Source: Sporopachydermia quercuum
Taxonomy: Eukaryota
NCBI GenBank assembly: GCA_001599295.1
Contig: BCGN01000006.1
Span: 62,001-126,000, forward strand
Direction: 5' to 3'
DNA length: 64,000 nucleotides
The notes below the pieces were generated by a model. That model ran no database searches. It was not told the origin of the DNA and saw nothing but the letters and a program-made list of their open reading frames with translations. Both the position numbers and the translations under genes were made by a program. This document shows positions 11,455 to 23,623 of the stretch, piece after piece (positions within the stretch are counted from its first letter, which is position 1; each line of letters begins with the position of its first letter).

Positions 11455-12126
11455 TTAGTGTGTAACAATAACTGGTTTACCTGGCTCCCAATTCTTCAGA
11501 GCATTATCAACATTAATCCAATACCTTAGTAATACAGTATTCTTAACAGCTTCTTGAATGTCATCTTGAGCGAACGCATCTTGTAGTCTATTCTCACGAT
11601 CTTTTATCCTTTGAAAATTCTCTTCTCTCAATGCAGCAATATCTTCTTCAGTCTCAGCTTCTTCAATACCTTCATGTACTTCCAGAACTTCCATCAGTGT
11701 TTCTTGATCTTGAGTGTATTTGGTAATCCCTTGAGGACCTTCCGACTCACCATCTTTCGATTCTTCTTCATTATCCAAGTCAATACCTCTCTGGTGTAGC
11801 AAAAACAATGCTCTGTGCAATGGAGATTTCAGCACACTATATGCCTTATTGATCAATGAACTCTTTTCTTCATATTGTTTCAACTTTTCTGCATCATTCT
11901 GAGCAAAATCAGGATGAAATCTGGATTGTAATGATAAGAACTCTTTCCTTAGCTTCTTAACATCAAATAGGAATGGAACATTTGGTGGACCACCATTGGG
12001 AAAAGTTTCAGGGAACAATTTGAAATAATCGACAATATCATCTTTTCTTGCTGTTGAGTAGCATTTAATCACTCGCGAAAACAACAAGGAGCCTGTCTTA
12101 GGACGGAATTTGGTCAAATTAATCAT
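11455..12126 (-). CDS. JAC1: Mitochondrial J-type co-chaperone for Fe-S cluster assembly (HscB family)
   Basis: Basic presequence from ATG 12126, DYFKLFPETFP, J-domain HPD, SSLINKAY..LKSPL.RA, LMEVLEVHE, C-terminal LRYW.N...ALKNWEPGKP...H. Confidence 0.95.
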   Translation of the reverse strand: MINLTKFRPKTGSLLFSRVIKCYSTARKDDIVDYFKLFPETFPNGGPPNVPFLFDVKKLRKEFLSLQSRFHPDFAQNDAEKLKQYEEKSSLINKAYSVLKSPLHRALFLLHQRGIDLDNEEESKDGESEGPQGITKYTQDQETLMEVLEVHEGIEEAETEEDIAALREENFQRIKDRENRLQDAFAQDDIQEAVKNTVLLRYWINVDNALKNWEPGKPVIVTH

Positions 12127-13370
12127 CGTTGCAATCACAGATTGTTTCTGATAAATTCGTATGTGGAGGAGGCAATTTATAACGGGTTTCAAGGCTATTG
12201 AACAATCAATCAAGCTGAAACAAACCAGCATATAATTATAACTTCCCTAATTATATAAAAGGCAAATAATAAGTAAAAGCTTATCGATTGAACACTTGTA
12301 GTGTGTTTCTGTTGTAATCGTGTAAATCAGTTGGTGTCATAGATGAACATCAATTGATAGAATAGAGAGGAAGTAGTGAGAAAGAATTTAAGTNAGAGAG
12401 GATACTGCAAGATAGCTGTTGGAGTATGCAAAGTCAGCCTAAGTCCGAATTGATGCTCGTAGTATGGATCATTTGTTTTGTTTTTTAAATGGAGATAATC
12501 ATTATACTTGATCAATATCATGTCATAGTACATAGGCCCTGAAGTCCAATAAGAAAGATTTATATCTAAAGCTTACAGGTAATGTGTCTCTATCAACAGA
12601 GAAGTTAAAGCCGATCTACAATCTTAGCATGCAAACAAAATAGGACCTGCATTTACCCCTAACATTAAGTCCACATGAATTTCCCTTGCTTTGATGGCTA
12701 TTTCAACTGTCTTAAGCGACTATGAAATAATTCCGATATGAATTTTGCCAGTTGTTGAATAGTGCGTCACACTCATATTCAGCTTTGAGCACGGAATCCT
12801 TCAAAAACCAAGCTCTCAAAAGTTACTCAAACTTTTGTTTGTTTCCTTTCAGCCAAAACATGACATCACATCTCAACACACAGTTTAAGTTACTGCAATA
12901 GTATGCAGATGCAANCCTTAACTATATACCTCATTCAACTCTTTTCAAATTATTCAATTTGTTATTATCCGTATAAAAGGGACAGCAACAGATATTGTTA
13001 ATACACTATAGATAATGGAAAACCAGTGANAACTTACTACAGCAATATTATCAATTATTTCTCCATACAAAGCCCAATAGGCTTCATCATAACTCCGCTA
13101 GCCTCGAAAGACATCCCAAACATCCCAGCAGATTTACGGGCACCATTATGCATTACTAGCCAAACCCTATTCGAACGCTTCTGTTCAATTAGCCGAAGAA
13201 AGATATTAAACAACTTCAACCCCATACTTTAGGAATAGTTAATCTTCAGATTGAGAAAGGAGTCTATAACAAAGTAATTCAATGGAACTGAATTCAATGC
13301 TTTAATCGACCCTTAATTGAACTGTGGAAAAACGATTGCTCCTAAATTTGTTACCTGCATTTAATTCACA

Positions 13371-14948
13371 ATGGACACATCAGAACTGGCACTGGTGCAT
13401 CCCGGCTCATATAATATAACTAGTTGCGGATACTGTTCTGATGGTGAGTTTGCTAGTTATGGCATGGTTACTTATCGACTAAGTCCAAAACAGTATAAAT
13501 ACTTGATTGATAGAGGCTTCAGAAGATCAGGAACATATTTATATAAACCTGATTTATTACGCAGTTGTTGTAAACTATATGCAATTCGATGTTTAGCTTC
13601 GAAGTTCAAATGCGACAAAGACCAAAGAAAATGTCTTAACAAGTTTAATAGACAACTGAGTAAACCGAAAAAAATCAATTCAACGAAAAGCAAAGAATTT
13701 GATCTTGAAGAGAACTTATTTCAGCATATAATTTACGATAATGATATAGAAAAGTATCGAGATGAAGAAGTCATAGTCATCAGATATGAACCATCAACCT
13801 TTACAAGGGAGAAATATGAACTATACGACAGGTATCAAAAAGCAATTCATAAGGACACTGAGACTACAGAAAGAGGATTCCAAAACTTTTTATGTGACAA
13901 TCCTTTCAAAAGTGTTAAAGACGATGAAAGTGAATTTAAAGACCTAGTTGCTGATAATAGAGGCAAATTGAGCAGGAAATACTACGGAGCATCGCATCAA
14001 ACATACTATTATAAAGGACAATTGATATGTGTCGGTATTCTCGATTTCCTTCCAGGAGCAATTTCTTCAGTTTATTTAATGTACGAGCCAGAATTTGGGG
14101 GTAGGTTTAGTTTGGGGAAATTAAGTGCCATGATCGAGTTAACTACTTGCATTAAGAATGATTACGAGTATTATCAAATGGGTTACTATATCAATGATTG
14201 CGAGAAGATGAAGTATAAGAAGTACTTCAAACCCTGTTGGCTTGCCAATCCTTTGACCCATAAATTTGAAGAGTTCGAAACTATTCGTAGATTTTTTACC
14301 AGCGAAGTGAAGGCCAAATCAACAGAAGATAAAAATAATGGCATCGAAAAAAATGAGAANGACGAGAGAGAAAAGGAGAGTGAAGGCCCAGAGGTAAACA
14401 ATCGTGAAGAATATGCTGAAAGTAATGCAGACGATGAGTCATTGATTAAGTTAGAAAATCTGGTCATTTTGAAGCGCAAGGTGCAATCAATTAAGGATCT
14501 TCTTTATGTCGATGAGAAGAATGTAGGATCGACAGCGGAACCTGTTTCTGATATATCTGAAGTGGAAAATATAGCGTCCCAATATAACTATGAAAATCCT
14601 GAATTCAGGGTTTTCGAGGAGAATGAATTTTATGTCAAAGCAAAAGCTGGTGATTATGGCGATGAGTTCTACGATTTTGATATATTGATGGAGTCAGCCC
14701 CTTCTTTTGTTCCCGGGGCTATGACAGGTAAGGAGTTATCAAAGTCAGTTGAAGATGGTACAATAGATATACTGCATAAACTAAAATTTGGCATTGATAC
14801 TGCTCCTCATGGTGTCTCTGATATCAAATTCACTGAAATAAACTGGGAATATATTAGGCATCCCTATGTATTGATTGATTCTGCTGTTGATAGCATAAGA
14901 ATGATTGGTAAATGCTTTCTCAAGGAGTATGCTTATTTAATTGGTTAG
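13371..14948 (+). CDS. ATE1: Arginyl-tRNA--protein transferase (N-degron pathway)
   Basis: SCGYC, GFRRSGTYLYKPDLLRSCC..Y.IR, EKYELY..YQ..IH.D, ILDFLP..ISSVY, LGKLSA..E, YYQMGYYI..C.KMKYK. Confidence 0.95.
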   Translation: MDTSELALVHPGSYNITSCGYCSDGEFASYGMVTYRLSPKQYKYLIDRGFRRSGTYLYKPDLLRSCCKLYAIRCLASKFKCDKDQRKCLNKFNRQLSKPKKINSTKSKEFDLEENLFQHIIYDNDIEKYRDEEVIVIRYEPSTFTREKYELYDRYQKAIHKDTETTERGFQNFLCDNPFKSVKDDESEFKDLVADNRGKLSRKYYGASHQTYYYKGQLICVGILDFLPGAISSVYLMYEPEFGGRFSLGKLSAMIELTTCIKNDYEYYQMGYYINDCEKMKYKKYFKPCWLANPLTHKFEEFETIRRFFTSEVKAKSTEDKNNGIEKNEXDEREKESEGPEVNNREEYAESNADDESLIKLENLVILKRKVQSIKDLLYVDEKNVGSTAEPVSDISEVENIASQYNYENPEFRVFEENEFYVKAKAGDYGDEFYDFDILMESAPSFVPGAMTGKELSKSVEDGTIDILHKLKFGIDTAPHGVSDIKFTEINWEYIRHPYVLIDSAVDSIRMIGKCFLKEYAYLIG

Positions 14949-17006
14949 AACGAATATACTTAAACGGAAGATCCATGTTGACTAGGCTCCCAGGTATGCT
15001 CATACTGAAGGTAAATCATAACAGGTACTTAGTAAATAAAAGTTGCATAATATTACGGTGCATGTAGATGATTTATTTGACATCAGACTGGCAAAAGTTC
15101 TTAGGTCCACTTTGCAATGAGCGGACTGCTGAACTAGCAATACATGGTACTGAACGAATCTCGCATTCACTTACAAGTACTAGATATCTCAGTTTTATTT
15201 TTGCCTTCAACCAGACAATGATCATACGAGCGTTTACTATACTGCGAAAAATGTCTTTGTCACTTGCGCATGATCAGGCTAATAGTACTAATAGTTCACT
15301 ATCAATTAAGTTTATATCGCTCTGCACGATTATGTACCAGAACCAAGTTCCACTTTATTATGTTATATAAACACATGCACATCGAATTTATGAGTAAAAT
15401 CAGTAAATAAACTATGCTCGGAAGCGAAATACATGAGAAAGATCTGTTGGAGTATATGGTGTTAGTACGTTTTATGCAACTGCCTTCTGACATTAGTTGA
15501 TCCTCAATAAGACTCATCGATTATGATGATGAAATACCTGTGTAGAAAAGAGTCATAAGAATAACTAACGATTCATCAGCAAATACTCCATTTGTTTATT
15601 TTATATTGATATACACGACGCAATTCCTTTCAACTTTCACATATTTGGCTTTCAACAAATCTCATCCTTCAAGCTACCTTGCAATCTTGTATCTCATTTA
15701 TTAAAATCTGACGACATAGTGCATTAAAGTTACCTTTTCCTCTTTCATCTTCGCTTTGCAAGTGAATACAATAGTTATCTATTCCTTTTCATGTTATTCA
15801 ACATATTGAGATACGCAAAGACAAACACCATAAAGTGTGCTTTATTGTTAAAAGTACATTTCTGAANATCAATTCACCCTAGAATCTCTTCATACTTTTT
15901 GAAGATAAGTAATCCTGGCTGTCTATTTTTTTGTCGATGGCTCTGATTTACAATTGATGTGGATCACACTAGGTTAAGTTAGAAGCCCTAGTAAGGATGT
16001 TAATCTCATCGCGTGACACTAAGGGGATCACTAGTGGCAAATCTTATTTGTGTAATGAAAGAAAGCAGATACTTGTACACGTTAACTCTATTCCCCCCGC
16101 AAGAATCTATTGCAGCTTGTATCATAATTAACTAATGTTCGTTATTTCGAGTGTAGGATTATAATAGGTCAGATGAGTAATAGTAAAAGACTGAAATAGA
16201 GATGTACAAGGTATGAGATCCTATACAATTAGATAAATGAGTAATATGACTTGTACTTAAAAACAATGTTCAATTGCCCTGTACAGGCCCATTCTCGACA
16301 GTTGTAAATATTGCAATTTCGATCTATTTTCAGTCCTGTAAACANGATTCAGATTAAACTTCTAAGTTTACTATGGCATCTTCATTGCATAACTATAAAT
16401 ATCATCATAAGTTTTGAACACCAGTATCATCATTTATGTAGAAGAAATAAAATCACTCTGATATTAACATGAGCTTTAATGTCAAACATACCGTTCATCA
16501 AAGCATGATATATCTAATTTTCGAATATACTGCAACTCTACTGTCCCCAACCCACCACCAACCACAGCTTACAACGACCCCTATTTTGTCTCTGGCCTTT
16601 TAGTCTTTTCCATAAACGAAGCATCTTAAAGTTCCAGAATCCATTTAAGGTTTTAGAAATTTAATTCTTCTTTCAAACCTTATTGAGACTTCCACTCGTT
16701 CCATTTATCACNTTCCCTTCAATTCAATTGTATTTAAAGGATCTAAAGTCACAGTCCCACTATTAACTATTCTATGACGCTTGTTTATCTGTTCTTGACG
16801 ATTCCAATATCAACCATACCAATACGATTATAAAATAAGTTTCTTTCCTAGTGAGCGAAGAAAAACAAGACGACGAATTGAAGTAGTATCTCATCACTGT
16901 TACTACTGTTATCAACCTAACGAATTTCTACTGATCCTTATTAATAGTTTTTGAACGACTCGGTCAAAGATTATTTTGCCTACATATAAATTAATCACTA
17001 TCCAAT

Positions 17007-17282
17007 ATGACTAGAACTAATAGAGCGAACTCGGCTTCTTCTGAACCTAAGTATTTTGCCAAAACTGGACACTTTAATCAAGATCCAACCAAGACCAAGA
17101 AAAATGGAGCTGGCAAATTGAATTGGGGTAAAGAAGGTGAAGAACTAGAAGATCTCGTTAATGCTGGAGAATGTAATGTTTTCCATAGAAGAAGATCTTC
17201 AAACACTCAAAAGAATATCGCATGGGAAGTTAATCCAAAATATGACTCTGATATTGATGAAGATGCTATTGCTTCCTCTTAA
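17007..17282 (+). CDS. STF2: Stf2/Tma10-family small hydrophilic stress protein
   Basis: MTRTN...PKYF..TG....P...KK.G.GK.NWGK.G.E..DL...GE....RR.SN matches the Stf2/Tma10 pattern. Adjacent to ECT1. Confidence 0.9.
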   Translation: MTRTNRANSASSEPKYFAKTGHFNQDPTKTKKNGAGKLNWGKEGEELEDLVNAGECNVFHRRRSSNTQKNIAWEVNPKYDSDIDEDAIASS

Positions 17283-17620
17283 TGTTTATTTATTTGCATG
17301 TGAATTTGGCACTTACTGAATATCAATCTACTTTCGTTAGAGAGCGGGTGTCAGTTCACCTTGTGTTTATATAATACTCTCATTATATATATGATTTGAT
17401 TCTAATGTTTTGTATATGAATAAATTGATGACTTTATGATTAATCAGAAAGAAAAGTTCTGTATTTGTAAATGCTGGGCCATACGGGTATCTATTAAGAT
17501 TCGTCAATTATCCTCTTGAACACATAGTAAACAGAACCATTCAGGCCCTTCTTTAACGGATGATAATCTTTTGCTATAAAACAGTTGAACGAACAATTTG
17601 CTTCTCATACATCCTTAGTT

Positions 17621-18856
17621 TCAGGTTAGTCTTTGTTCTTGCCATTTTTCCTTCTCTTCTTTCTCAAGTTTTGACTCTAAACTGCTCTTCCAGCCTTTTT
17701 TGCGCTGTCTTTCTTCATACTGTTTTCTGTTTTCCAACACTCGATCGACAATTGTTTCAGTTGACATATCACCATAATCGTGATTCACATATTGCTTGTA
17801 AACACCATCTTCTTTAAATTCCTTGTAAGAGTCAATTTCTTGATCGTCTGAGTCTTGATAATTTGCCTTTGCTGTCGCCAATTCACTTGTGGTGCCATGA
17901 CATACTCTATCAACCTTGAAAGGGAGCCGAGACAGGAACTCCTTGGTGGTGATGTACGGAGCACCTAGAATAACAGTATCAACGTATTTACATTGCAAGA
18001 CACAGAGTGATCTTTCAAAAATATTCATGATAGGGTAGTTTAGATTCTTATTCAGATCAATTGATCTATCACTGTTTAAACCAACAACAATTATAGGCTT
18101 TTCCTCTGACTCTTTATCATAATCCTCAGATATCACTTTCAACAAAGATATATGCCCAGGATGAAATAAGTCAAATCCACCATCAACGTAATAAACCTTG
18201 GCACCTTTTTTGAATCGTTCTTCCAGTTCAGATCCAAATGAAATCAACTGCCTGACATCCAGTGAAGGTGATTTAGTTGTTGAAGAGTCATCAACCACAG
18301 TATAGTAGACGCCGGATCCAGGCTTATTACCAGACGAGTCAGTTGCATAATTGCGAAACTTACTGACGAAGCTTTCATCGTTTATCAACCTGTGTTTATT
18401 AACGTTAGAAGTAGTGATAGATTCGATGTGATGATCTTTACTAAACATCAGCATTCTTCCGACTAAATCAGTTGTGCTTATACCTTCAGTTCTCTTAACA
18501 ACTACAAATCTATCTAAATCTTTGACAATCTTATAACAATCTTCACCGTTCGCATCAGTTGTTATATCATCACCATGAACAACATATTTACATTCATAGC
18601 TATCCATCACTTTAGGATCTGTAACATATGGTGCTGATTCAATTACTCTAGTACACCATTTACAACTACTCACAGCTAAGACCCTCTCAGAAAGATTCAT
18701 TACAACAGGACCTTTGTTCACCAGTATCTCTTCGTCAGAGTGAACCCCAACATACAATTCGTTGCCAATCTGACGGGCCTGAAGCATAGCTCCTGCATGG
18801 CCATGGTGTGCAAAGTCAAAGCAACCATCAATCCATATTCTGCCTTCGAGGACCAT
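17621..18856 (-). CDS. ECT1: Ethanolamine-phosphate cytidylyltransferase
   Basis: Two CTP-transferase repeats: WIDGCFDFAHHGHAGAMLQAR with KRTEGISTTDLVGRML, and YVDGGFDLFHPGHI. ATG at 18856. Confidence 0.95.
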   Translation of the reverse strand: MVLEGRIWIDGCFDFAHHGHAGAMLQARQIGNELYVGVHSDEEILVNKGPVVMNLSERVLAVSSCKWCTRVIESAPYVTDPKVMDSYECKYVVHGDDITTDANGEDCYKIVKDLDRFVVVKRTEGISTTDLVGRMLMFSKDHHIESITTSNVNKHRLINDESFVSKFRNYATDSSGNKPGSGVYYTVVDDSSTTKSPSLDVRQLISFGSELEERFKKGAKVYYVDGGFDLFHPGHISLLKVISEDYDKESEEKPIIVVGLNSDRSIDLNKNLNYPIMNIFERSLCVLQCKYVDTVILGAPYITTKEFLSRLPFKVDRVCHGTTSELATAKANYQDSDDQEIDSYKEFKEDGVYKQYVNHDYGDMSTETIVDRVLENRKQYEERQRKKGWKSSLESKLEKEEKEKWQEQRLT

Positions 18857-19379
18857 TATGATAATCAACTAGTCACTAAATTCCAACGATAACCTAACCA
18901 AAATCGCAATAAATTTACTAGCTAAGACAGTGTTAACAAAGCAAGATATTAAGAGCTATAGAAAAGAATGATGAATTCAGTCAATNTATCATATAGTGTA
19001 TATAGTTTAATAGATTGTTAGTGCTATTATAGATAGGCAGTCTGATTGATCATTTAGCGATGTCAAAACTGCGGAGACTATATACAATAAAGTTAGGAGA
19101 TGATAGTAAACAAATTTCGGATATCATTCCAATCATTCGAGGGATTACAAATTATGATAAGATGGGCGATTGAGCTGCTCTATTCAGAGAATTAATAGTA
19201 CAGTAGTATAAAAACCAAAAGTGTGAGTAATGGTTTTATGTTTCACACAAAAATATATACGATATTCACAAGACGATGANAAATGATAGGTGCAGCTGCT
19301 CGTCAGAAACTCGATGTGAGGAAATATGTGTAAGAGCGCTAGCCAGACTTCAAGAAGAATTTAGAACTTATCTCTAATA

Positions 19380-20200
19380 CTAAACTTCATAGTTTAATCT
19401 TGGTGGCAATTGAGGAGGAGCACCATTGGTATTCTCAATTGTAGAATTGGTCATATTATTAACATTAGCGGTACTACTAGGTTGAGAACGACGAAAGCTA
19501 TCAAGAGGCATATAGTGAGGCCTTGACGGTTGATGTGAAGTATCAACATGATAAGGCAACTGATCAGAGTTTTGAGGAATATCAGTTGGTTGCTCGGCTC
19601 TTTTTCGGTTAACACTCCGCATATGTTTCCAAATAATCATGGCATTTCTTTCACTACAGCCATTTATCCAACTAAGAAACACCCCTATAACTGGAGGCAA
19701 AGTAATTAGAAAGTCAAACAGAATATTGGCCATTACTTTTGCTTGAACACTATTTGGAAGTTTTAAAGGCTCTGCAACCGTCAATAAACGTACATGTATA
19801 AGATACATTAGTGCTGGACCAAAAACAGGTATAATAGAGACAATTGGTGCTAACCCAATTCCACAATCACAACATGATACACCTGTTGTGCACCCACAAA
19901 AGCATTTGTCATGAATCCAAGCTTGTCTCTGGATCTTCTTCCAGATTTTCTGTTCTTCTGCAGTACTATTTTCAGGAGCTTTCCTTCTTCTAGTATTACC
20001 ATCAGGCTGTTCTTCGTTGAAAGGATCTATCTATGATGTTAGCATACTGCCATCAAATTCAAGTACAATTCATAAGACTATCAGTANTTGATGAACCAGT
20101 ACATACCTTTATTATATTTGTCACCAGCAAACTCGTTCCACTTATCTAAGGCGATTGAAAACCCAGGTATGGATTCCAATTGATCTTGTAAGTTTGACAT
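19380..20200 (-). CDS. DUF4112-type membrane protein (YLR326W-like), two exons, 246 aa
   Basis: Exon 1 20200-20107 (MSNLQDQLESIPGF...KYNK). Intron 20106-20027 (GTATGT...TGCTAAC...TAG). Exon 2 20026-19380 (DPFNEEQ...KIQRQAWIHDKCFCGC..CCDCGIGLAPIVSIIPVFGP...NILFDFLITLPPVIG...RNA) joins the track ORF in frame. Confidence 0.75.
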
Positions 20201-20574
20201 CTCGGGAGTAATGGACTTTCAAATTGCTATCCGGTGCATCGTGTTTTGAATATCGAACAACGGAATATCGATAGAGGATCTCGAAATGAGAATTATTTAT
20301 CAACAATTCCTAATAATTCCTGTTGACCAATGGGGATCCTGGTTTGCCCAAATAGTATCGAAAGAACAGTTTTCCAATGGAATTATATACCCTATTTACC
20401 ACTTAGAACATTTGAAAACCGAAAGTGCAAATTTACATGTGCTACTATTTGATACCTTGACATTAACACAGCCCCAAACTGACGATTCTGGTCATGTGAC
20501 TGAACATTTAATATGCGTAAACATGCATATCTATGCACCCAACATAAAAAACGCATGATCATGCATTACAATGT

Positions 20575-21600
20575 CTAAAGTGATTTATCTTGACAGAATG
20601 TTATTATTCTCTTAACACCAATAAGCCATTTCCGCGTCTTTTCATCAGTCATAATATGAGCAATTTTATCAGATTTTCCTGATGCCTCAGTTGTGATCCT
20701 TTCCTGAGCACTTCTAGCATGAATACCGACTGCTGTAACACCAATGGGCCAGGCAGCATTTCCTATACTAATCTTCATATACAAGTCGTTAGCTTTTTGG
20801 TAGTCTTTGTTTTGTAAAGCAATAATGATATTAGCTAAATTGGTGTACAATGTTTCCTTTAATGTAGCTTTTCGCAAGTCAGCAAGTAAAGGTGATAGAT
20901 AACTTTTAGTTTCGGGCAGTATGCTCCTAGATCTAGCACTAGAATTTCCATAAGGATCACCTTCAGATCGTATTTTCGCCTCCCATATGCCAATTACCTT
21001 TTTAATATATACACGTATCTGCAGGCACACTTTCTTTTTATCTTTTCGAATATTTGCATCATTGATTATTGGATCAATACTGGACTCTTCTTGTTGTAGT
21101 TTTCGTTTCATTTCAATCAATTTTACTTTCCTTAGCTCGGCGTTCTCTAATCTTCTCAGTCTTATCCTCTTGTCTTCTTCAGGGAATAAGAAGGCTTCCT
21201 CTCCTAAAGATTCTAATTGTTTGGTTATTTCTTCCTCTGAAATATCAATTATTTGAGAAGCCGAGGTTTTGCCGAAACATTTTTGAGTCCCATCATCATT
21301 GTCAGGTTCTTTAGTCGATTCAACAAGGATTTGATCCGATTTAATCCTTTTAGTCGATTGCAAATCCTCTTCAGTTGCNTCAACGCCAGTTTTATTGCTC
21401 AAGTCGTTTTTACTCAATTCATTGATGCTTTCATTATGTCTTTTACGATCAAAGTTTGAAGTTTTCTCTTTATTGTCTTCAATAGCTCCAGAGATGGGCA
21501 GTGTGACTTTCTTCTCCTTTTGGTCTAGAGAACCATTTCTGCTTTTGGCACTTGTCTTTTTCTTCTCAATCTCTGCTTTCAGCACAGCTGAGAAATCCAT
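20575..21600 (-). CDS. PRP18: Pre-mRNA splicing factor Prp18
   Basis: MDFSAVLKAEIEKKK start at ATG 21600. Prp18 domain: ANDLYMKISIGNAAWPIGVTAVGIHARSA, AHIMTDEKTRKWL..VKRIITF. Confidence 0.95.
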   Translation of the reverse strand: MDFSAVLKAEIEKKKTSAKSRNGSLDQKEKKVTLPISGAIEDNKEKTSNFDRKRHNESINELSKNDLSNKTGVXATEEDLQSTKRIKSDQILVESTKEPDNDDGTQKCFGKTSASQIIDISEEEITKQLESLGEEAFLFPEEDKRIRLRRLENAELRKVKLIEMKRKLQQEESSIDPIINDANIRKDKKKVCLQIRVYIKKVIGIWEAKIRSEGDPYGNSSARSRSILPETKSYLSPLLADLRKATLKETLYTNLANIIIALQNKDYQKANDLYMKISIGNAAWPIGVTAVGIHARSAQERITTEASGKSDKIAHIMTDEKTRKWLIGVKRIITFCQDKSL

Positions 21601-22471
21601 TTCCTTGGCTACAGTCACTCAATTAATCCAACACAATGGTGTATAATGTGTAGCTCTCTTTGTATATGATTAGTATCCACCTTTTTCAATCTATTCTATC
21701 AATCTACAATCAAGAACATCAGGAAACAAAATGAATAATCTAAATGAACCAGTAAATCTAAAAAGAAGAAATGATTAATCTATTCGTTAGATATGACTCC
21801 TTCATTATCTTTCTCAGATTCACTATTTAAACTTGTACTGCCAATAAGAGACACCAATGAGAGTATCAATAATGCACAGGTGCTTTGATATTTTCATTAT
21901 CATACAACAATCACAATGCATATATATCGGAAGCAATCTAATCACATTATCTCTAGAATTAGTTAGATCTTCAATATACCCCCTTACGCGTGGGTAATAA
22001 CATGAACTCTCACTTCGGAACANTACCTTTACTTTTCCATACTGAATAAGAGGTAGTAATCCATTACAGCTTTCTTCATCTTCTATGCCGCCTTTAATTC
22101 TAAATTTATTATCAATTGATGGATAGTATAATGAGTGTAATCATTGGAACTTATTATTGGAAGTTGATTACTGAAGTGTCGAATATTGTAAGAAAACGAA
22201 TTTGTTAGTGTTCCTCTGCAGTTACTAAAGGGTACATTCAAAAGCATCAGGCTGTGACCAGGGGGAAGCTTGTTCATAAGCAAGACTGACGACCAATCGC
22301 AAAATCAATATTTGTTTGCTATCAATTGCCAGGGAAGTAAAGAAATCAAAAGAAGGAATTTGGAATAATTACGGCTTGCGTTATAACCTTAACAGCTTAT
22401 TAGAACTTACCCATACAAATACACACATACACAAATCGACATCAATTATACTTATTTTAGATCTATTCAAT

Positions 22472-23623
22472 ATGAGTATCAAACCAGAAGACAGCAACGG
22501 AATTCTTCCTTCAAGAGATCCGTCAAAACCACTAAATTCAACCGAAACTATAAACGTCGAAGAAGAGGAAGAAGATGACGACCTTTACGATACTAGTACT
22601 ATGTTAGATCTTGACTTCACACAGGCGGACCAGAAAGTATGGCTTGTACGTCTACCAAAACTTATTTCGGACAAATGGAAAGATATCAATGCAATTTCTG
22701 GCCAGGAAATTGGAAAAGTGCGTGTATATGAGAAAAAGAATCCAAACGGTGGCAATAGCATGAAACTGCTATTAAACGATTTACCTCAGTTTGAAGATAT
22801 TCCACATGATTATAACCTGGAGGTCACGAAGCCAATAGTCGATAATACTTTTGTATTCACAGAGAAAGATTTGACTGTTGAGGATAGAGAACAGTTGAGG
22901 GCAGGACTGAGTGAAACATTACAAAGAGAGAAAGAAGAACGCGAGAGGGAAAGAAAAAGGAAGAAACGTGAGATGCTTAAACGAGGAAGATGGAATTGGA
23001 GAACTCAAAAGGAAGATGATAAACTGATTCCTTATGTGAGAACAATTTCTAAAAGAACTGCCTTGGTGGGTACAGTTTGCCATGAATGTCAAGTAATGCC
23101 TTCTAGAACAGATGGAAAGTATTCCCAGTTGATTGAAGCTAGAAAGAATTTGGATGTTGTTGCTCCTCGGGCTAAAGTAACATTGATTGATGAGCTACCA
23201 GGTATAACGCTTAGTAATGCTGGACCTAGCTTAAAGATCAAGCAATTAGGAAAGAACAGTAAAGATAAAAGTGCAAGCAAACAGGAACAGAAGAATGTTA
23301 GAATGCCCCAAAGTGAATTATTGGATCTTTTGTTCAGGTTGTTTGAAGAGTACGACTATTGGAGTATGAAAGGTCTGAGAGAGAGAACTAAACAGCCAGA
23401 AGCATATTTGAAAAGCAGTCTGGATAAGGTAGCAATCTTGGTCAAAAAAGGGCCATATGCTCTGAAGTATAGATTGAAACCTGAATTCAAAAAATTACGT
23501 GATGCTCGTGTTGATGGTACTGGCACCATTGAATTAGACACTGAAATGCCTGACATGGATACAGCTTCACCTAATTCTGGTTCCGGAGAAGAAGTTATTG
23601 ACTTAGCTACTGATTCTTCGTAA
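22472..23623 (+). CDS. TFG2: TFIIF beta subunit (RAP30)
   Basis: LDLD....QKVWLVRLPK, IPYVRTI.K.TALVGTVCHECQV.P, RMPQSELLDLLFRLFEEYDYWSMKGLRERTKQPEAYLK. ATG at 22472. Confidence 0.95.
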   Translation: MSIKPEDSNGILPSRDPSKPLNSTETINVEEEEEDDDLYDTSTMLDLDFTQADQKVWLVRLPKLISDKWKDINAISGQEIGKVRVYEKKNPNGGNSMKLLLNDLPQFEDIPHDYNLEVTKPIVDNTFVFTEKDLTVEDREQLRAGLSETLQREKEERERERKRKKREMLKRGRWNWRTQKEDDKLIPYVRTISKRTALVGTVCHECQVMPSRTDGKYSQLIEARKNLDVVAPRAKVTLIDELPGITLSNAGPSLKIKQLGKNSKDKSASKQEQKNVRMPQSELLDLLFRLFEEYDYWSMKGLRERTKQPEAYLKSSLDKVAILVKKGPYALKYRLKPEFKKLRDARVDGTGTIELDTEMPDMDTASPNSGSGEEVIDLATDSS

